From a virus, in IMG/VR virus record IMGVR_UViG_3300023174_009221: a stretch of DNA of 64,000 nucleotides; one strand, written 5' to 3'. Both the position numbers and the translations under genes were made by a program. Positions 59,993 through 64,000 of this stretch are shown here, one piece after another. Positions within the stretch are counted from its first letter, which is position 1. Each line of letters opens with the position of its first letter. The notes below the pieces were generated by a model, which made no database searches, had not been told where the DNA came from, and saw only the letters and a list, made by a program, of their open reading frames with translations.

Positions 59993-60751
59993 TTAAGCCT
60001 CTAAAAATTTATTTATGTAGTATGATAAAGTCAACTTTTCGAAATCATATTCTTTATTAATGATTTCAAAATATTTTTCCTCTAAAAAATTTGAATTTAC
60101 TTGTTGCCAATCATCAATCCAAAGAATAGGTAGGTTTTCAAAATCTTTCATAGCAACACACCTTTTTACTATCGGAATTGTTCTCAAATACAAACTCTCC
60201 CATATTCTATGTGTATCTATTCCGTTTCCACGAGGACAAAGAGTAAATTTGTGATTGTATATATTATCTATATAACTTGAGTGACCTTCATTTGTTCTAT
60301 CATAGACAGTTGTAGTGGTCCAGATTTCTTCGGAAAACATTTTTCTAACCATGCTTCTTTCAGATAGATAAGTCTCGTCACGAAAACCAATATAGCATAA
60401 ATTTTTAATAATTTTTTTATCTTGATTCTTTTCAATTATTCGGTCTAAATTTCCTATGATTTTATCATGTGAGAACGAAGGCATTCCTATTGGCATGGCT
60501 AATATTCTATCAGAAATCATATTTAGATTCTGACCTATCATAAGTTTTAACTCGTCTTTAATTAAAAAATTAGATTCATTTATTTCCCAATCACCACCCC
60601 CAATAAAAACTTTTTCATAATCTTTATCATATCTATTGTAAACTATATCGTCTACTTTAATCCAGGGAACATTTATCTGTGATAAAAGCATTAGAAATCT
60701 ATCCCATTCGATTATTTCTTCTTTTATGATGTAAAATTCTTGTAATTTCAT
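59993..60751 (-). CDS. Exostosin/GT47-like glycosyltransferase
   Basis: HKFTLCPRGNGIDTHRIWESLYLRTIPIV. Confidence 0.8.
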   Translation of the reverse strand: MKLQEFYIIKEEIIEWDRFLMLLSQINVPWIKVDDIVYNRYDKDYEKVFIGGGDWEINESNFLIKDELKLMIGQNLNMISDRILAMPIGMPSFSHDKIIGNLDRIIEKNQDKKIIKNLCYIGFRDETYLSERSMVRKMFSEEIWTTTTVYDRTNEGHSSYIDNIYNHKFTLCPRGNGIDTHRIWESLYLRTIPIVKRCVAMKDFENLPILWIDDWQQVNSNFLEEKYFEIINKEYDFEKLTLSYYINKFLEA

Positions 60752-60753
60752 AA

Positions 60754-61311
60754 TTAAATATTAAACCAATTTTTAAAGGACTCGAAATCGAATTCCCTAG
60801 CATGTAAATACCACCTTTGTTGACCATCATTATAATTGTTATATTCCATACATAACCAACCATCTTCAAATTTGATTAACTCTATACCATGTTCGTCACA
60901 TATAGACTCGGTGTCTTTATTCCACTTATTAAACGGAGGGATAAATACTTTAGCATTTACCAAACTAGCACTTGTTAATATACTAAGCTCCTGAGCTTCC
61001 TTTGTGAGTAATCTATGATCCACATGAATTAATCCATGTGAAGCCATAATAGCCTTATCATGCAACTTTGGTATACCGGCTTTATCAACTCGATAAAATA
61101 TTCTGTAATCAGAATGCGCGTTGTATATTTTAGGGAAAATTCTTTGTTTTGAAATATCACTTTTCTCATTAGACATATCATTTACCAAAGGAGAAACTCC
61201 CCAGAGAACTTTACAATCCGGAAATCTATCGAATAGAAAATCCGTCATGTCGTTTACTAATTTCATATCTGCGTTAATACAAACATCATCAAATCTAAAT
61301 ATTTTACTCAT
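60754..61311 (-). CDS. Polysaccharide deacetylase-like (NodB fold)
   Basis: FRFDD, ASHGLIH, FIPPFN. Confidence 0.7.
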   Translation of the reverse strand: MSKIFRFDDVCINADMKLVNDMTDFLFDRFPDCKVLWGVSPLVNDMSNEKSDISKQRIFPKIYNAHSDYRIFYRVDKAGIPKLHDKAIMASHGLIHVDHRLLTKEAQELSILTSASLVNAKVFIPPFNKWNKDTESICDEHGIELIKFEDGWLCMEYNNYNDGQQRWYLHAREFDFESFKNWFNI

Positions 61312-61985
61312 TATCCTATTATATTTTTAATTAATTTCCAGTGATCTGGATGTCTTTGGTCATTTTCATCATAAATTTCACCTACAAATTGATAATCAAT
61401 TCTGTCGGTTGGAAACGGTTTAGTTTCGCCACCATAGTTAAGACCAAACTCTGAGTGCTCAAAAGCGTATTCTTTTAAAGAAGGGTATATCTGTGATAAA
61501 AAATCTTGGTCACATCCTTTCTTCGAATATCTATTCCATTCCGCTATTGAATTAGACAAATTTGATTCCCTTAAGATACCCCTTCGACAACCCCACATTC
61601 CACCTAATATAGGAACTGTATGATAAGGGTGGTCTCTCATAATATGAATGTCTTTATCGGACTTTAACCACTCATCTATGGCAAAAAACTCCCTGTCTGT
61701 AAATCTACTATCACAATCTCTTGAAAGAAAAATATCAACTTCTGGATCTTCTACAGCCCAGAATCTCCAAAACATGCCGTGAAAAGAATCTTTAGAATCC
61801 ACTAACACAACTTCAACACCATCACCTTTAATCGTTTCAATGAGTTCTTGATTGCAATTTTTATCTATATAAAATCTGCAAATCCAATCTGGAAAGTATT
61901 TTTTAACACCTTCAATATTTCTGATTGCACCAACCCAATACATTGGGTGATCTCCCCATAGAGAATAGGCTACGACATTTTTCAC
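61311..61985 (-). CDS. Glycosyltransferase-like protein
   Basis: YSLWG...Y..GAI.N, GMFWRF, SRDCDSR, HIMRDHP.H, ILGGMWG, DQDFL. Confidence 0.7.
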   Translation of the reverse strand: MKNVVAYSLWGDHPMYWVGAIRNIEGVKKYFPDWICRFYIDKNCNQELIETIKGDGVEVVLVDSKDSFHGMFWRFWAVEDPEVDIFLSRDCDSRFTDREFFAIDEWLKSDKDIHIMRDHPYHTVPILGGMWGCRRGILRESNLSNSIAEWNRYSKKGCDQDFLSQIYPSLKEYAFEHSEFGLNYGGETKPFPTDRIDYQFVGEIYDENDQRHPDHWKLIKNIIG

Positions 61986-62722
61986 TCTAAAATTGATTTA
62001 ATTTTCTGAACCACACCATCAAATCTAGACTTGTTTGTCATTTTATGCAGTGGTGATACTACCCGGTCTACCCATCTTTCTCTTTGGTGCCACATATGAA
62101 TTATAGTGTTGTTTAACAAATTTGTTGTTTGAAACTCCTCGCCAAAAACTGGCTCTAAATAATGAAACCTACACCCGGCTTCTTTTAACACCCACATAAA
62201 ATCATAATACGGTTCAGTTTCAGGCTTCCAAATCAACCCAAGGGGTTTTCCAGAAGATCCGAACTCCATATCCCATTCATAGTGCGAATGGTTCTTTTTT
62301 TCATACGGGTATTCTTCGATCCACTCACTTTTGAATTGACAAACTGCTGTTCGGTTGTTCCAAGAGTCAATACATTTTCTATTCATTATCATAAAAAATG
62401 AATTAAGAGCCATGTGATTTCCACTTCTATACTCAAAATGGCCGTCTGGTGGTCCGGCTATATCATAGTTGTTATCGGTCATATATTGAATCAAATTGTG
62501 AATTTCATCTGCTGATGTGATAAAGCAATCTTCATCAATATGAACATACCAATCGGCTTCATAACTTTTAGCAAAATCTAACCATTGATACCAAACAGTA
62601 AACCAACCAGATCTACCATCAAATTTGACTATATGTGATTCTCGGAAAAATTTTCTAATACAAGCTGACTGAAGCTCCTGTATATCAGAAAATGTGGAGG
62701 TGGTGAAAAATACTATCTTCAT
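61982..62722 (-). CDS. Glycosyltransferase-like protein
   Basis: VHIDEDCF (DxD), EPYY, HMW. Confidence 0.6.
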   Translation of the reverse strand: MKIVFFTTSTFSDIQELQSACIRKFFRESHIVKFDGRSGWFTVWYQWLDFAKSYEADWYVHIDEDCFITSADEIHNLIQYMTDNNYDIAGPPDGHFEYRSGNHMALNSFFMIMNRKCIDSWNNRTAVCQFKSEWIEEYPYEKKNHSHYEWDMEFGSSGKPLGLIWKPETEPYYDFMWVLKEAGCRFHYLEPVFGEEFQTTNLLNNTIIHMWHQRERWVDRVVSPLHKMTNKSRFDGVVQKIKSILE

Positions 62723-62730
62723 TTAATTTT

Positions 62731-63324
62731 TTATTTTTTTATACCCCAGAAATATAAATCACAGTGTTTCGTCTCAACTTCGAATCTATAGGAAGAAAAT
62801 ATTGCATCAACATCAATGCAATTTCTGACATCTTCTTCTGTTACGTTTCTATAATACTCAGAATCCCAGTCTTCTCTGAAAACATTTGGCATAGTTATCC
62901 AATTTTCAGCAGAGTTACCTTGTGATGTTACAAGTTTTTCTCTATCTATCTTATCCTGTGTTTTAGTCCCGTGAATAGGTCTACCTGTAGTTGCGCAAGT
63001 AAATATTAAATACCCACCGGGTTTTAACATTCTAACAGCGTTCTGTATACTTTCTTTATAAAACGGATTGTGCTCCCAACACTCACAAGATATAATAGTA
63101 TCAAATGTTTCATCCGGTGCATCGTATTCGTTTGCAGGACAAACAACATCAACTCCTTTTCCTGGACCTATGTCCAATCCAGTAAAGTCGCAATTATCAA
63201 ACCAAGGTTTTTCGTTTCCATTAACATCAAATGATCCAATGTCTAAAACTTTACAGTTTGTAAATGCAGATGGGAATTCTTTTTTTATTCTGTCTAAATA
63301 ATCTTTTTGTTCTTTATGTGCCAC
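62731..63324 (-). CDS. SAM-dependent methyltransferase (type 11)
   Basis: VLDIGSFDVNG, G.GVDVV, FDTIISCECWEH, LKPGG. Confidence 0.85.
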   Translation of the reverse strand: MAHKEQKDYLDRIKKEFPSAFTNCKVLDIGSFDVNGNEKPWFDNCDFTGLDIGPGKGVDVVCPANEYDAPDETFDTIISCECWEHNPFYKESIQNAVRMLKPGGYLIFTCATTGRPIHGTKTQDKIDREKLVTSQGNSAENWITMPNVFREDWDSEYYRNVTEEDVRNCIDVDAIFSSYRFEVETKHCDLYFWGIKK

Positions 63325-63372
63325 TCTTTTTTTGTTTTTTATATTTTAATTTTAATAAGGTACAAGACTAAG

Positions 63373-64000
63373 TCATATTTTAATTCTTTCTTCTACCGGT
63401 AATAATTTTCTCCTATTCCAAGTTATTTCATCTTCTTTCCACTTTTGATTATAAGCCCTATCTGCTTCATCTGAGTTTCTTTTACCAGCTGCATAGTGAA
63501 GATGTTCGAAAACCGTCTCGTCGTTTAATCTATCATCATAAAGTAAGCCCAAATCTTTTAAGTTATTATATAACTCACAATCTGAGAACATATGATTGTA
63601 AGAGGGGTGGTAAATTACGGAGTTTAACTTTTTTAAACAACCCCAAGTCATAATAGGAATTGTAATAGCCGGATGTAACATATTAGAAGAATCCGGTAAT
63701 TGATAACCATCTCTAACCATAAGACCAACATCTCCCATTTTTTCAAATTTATTTATTAAATAGGTGTCCCAATTTTGAGGAGCTAAAAAATCATCAGAGG
63801 CAAAAATAACAATATCACTTTCATCTACTACACCCATTTTAATTCCTAAATTAGAAGAAAGTTGATAAGAAGGATAACAAACACCAATCTTATTGGTGTT
63901 TAGAGTTATTATATAATCGTTTTTCAAATAATCTCTTAAATTATCAGCATGTTCCACCCAATTAACGGCGACATATGTTTTTATATTGTCTGGCGCATCA
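63373..64000 (-). CDS. GT2-like glycosyltransferase (5' end beyond window)
   Basis: IFASDDF, YHPSYNHMFSD, FEHLHY. Confidence 0.75.
   Translation of the reverse strand, partial: DAPDNIKTYVAVNWVEHADNLRDYLKNDYIITLNTNKIGVCYPSYQLSSNLGIKMGVVDESDIVIFASDDFLAPQNWDTYLINKFEKMGDVGLMVRDGYQLPDSSNMLHPAITIPIMTWGCLKKLNSVIYHPSYNHMFSDCELYNNLKDLGLLYDDRLNDETVFEHLHYAAGKRNSDEADRAYNQKWKEDEITWNRRKLLPVEERIKI

Noticed and set aside
345-63301. Numerous short antisense or nested ORFs in the track (e.g. 345-710, 14032-14388, 17831-18163, 22014-22262, 34143-34475, 58169-58687)
   Set aside because: They lie inside well-supported genes, lack motifs and are shadow frames
1-64000. Bacterial chromosome, eukaryotic giant virus, or stop-codon recoding
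   Set aside because: T4-like gp52/gp39/gp32/gp13/RNase H with an endolysin and bacterial promoters indicate a phage; ORFs are full-length in the standard code with TAA, TAG and TGA all used as stops

Overview
AT-rich (~30% GC by eye), gene-dense, standard-code segment of a T4-like (myovirus-type) jumbo/mega-phage genome. The host is most likely Bacteroidota: TAnnTTTG/-33 TTTG promoters, no Shine-Dalgarno motifs, DUF2589 and DUF6576-like proteins. Core phage genes are topoisomerase II (gp52 and gp39/60), RNase H, gp62-like, gp32 SSB, nrdB, RNA ligase, gp13-like neck, endolysin and tail-like proteins. Host-like auxiliary genes include dnaK/dnaJ/grpE, nusG, uvsE, cysC, an IMPDH/GMPR, a sulfotransferase and a large glycosylation cluster. 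Highlights: (1) the topoisomerase large subunit is fractured at the TOPRIM EGD|SA motif by a split intein (N-half with an apparently duplicated block B), with a free-standing endonuclease between the halves; (2) about 15 unrelated proteins carry a T4-internal-protein-like N-terminal capsid-targeting leader, mostly behind an AATATATA late-promoter motif. They include a restriction-endonuclease-like protein paired with an N6-adenine MTase, suggesting a virion-packaged, injected enzyme cocktail; (3) a DUF2589-pair module with an internal terminator; (4) a PAPS/sulfation plus glycosylation module next to a Cys-rich fibre; (5) a shared C-terminal RDxKIxxI motif; (6) a candidate small structured RNA. 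All calls come from motif recognition; no database searches were run. No tRNA, rRNA or CRISPR array was seen.
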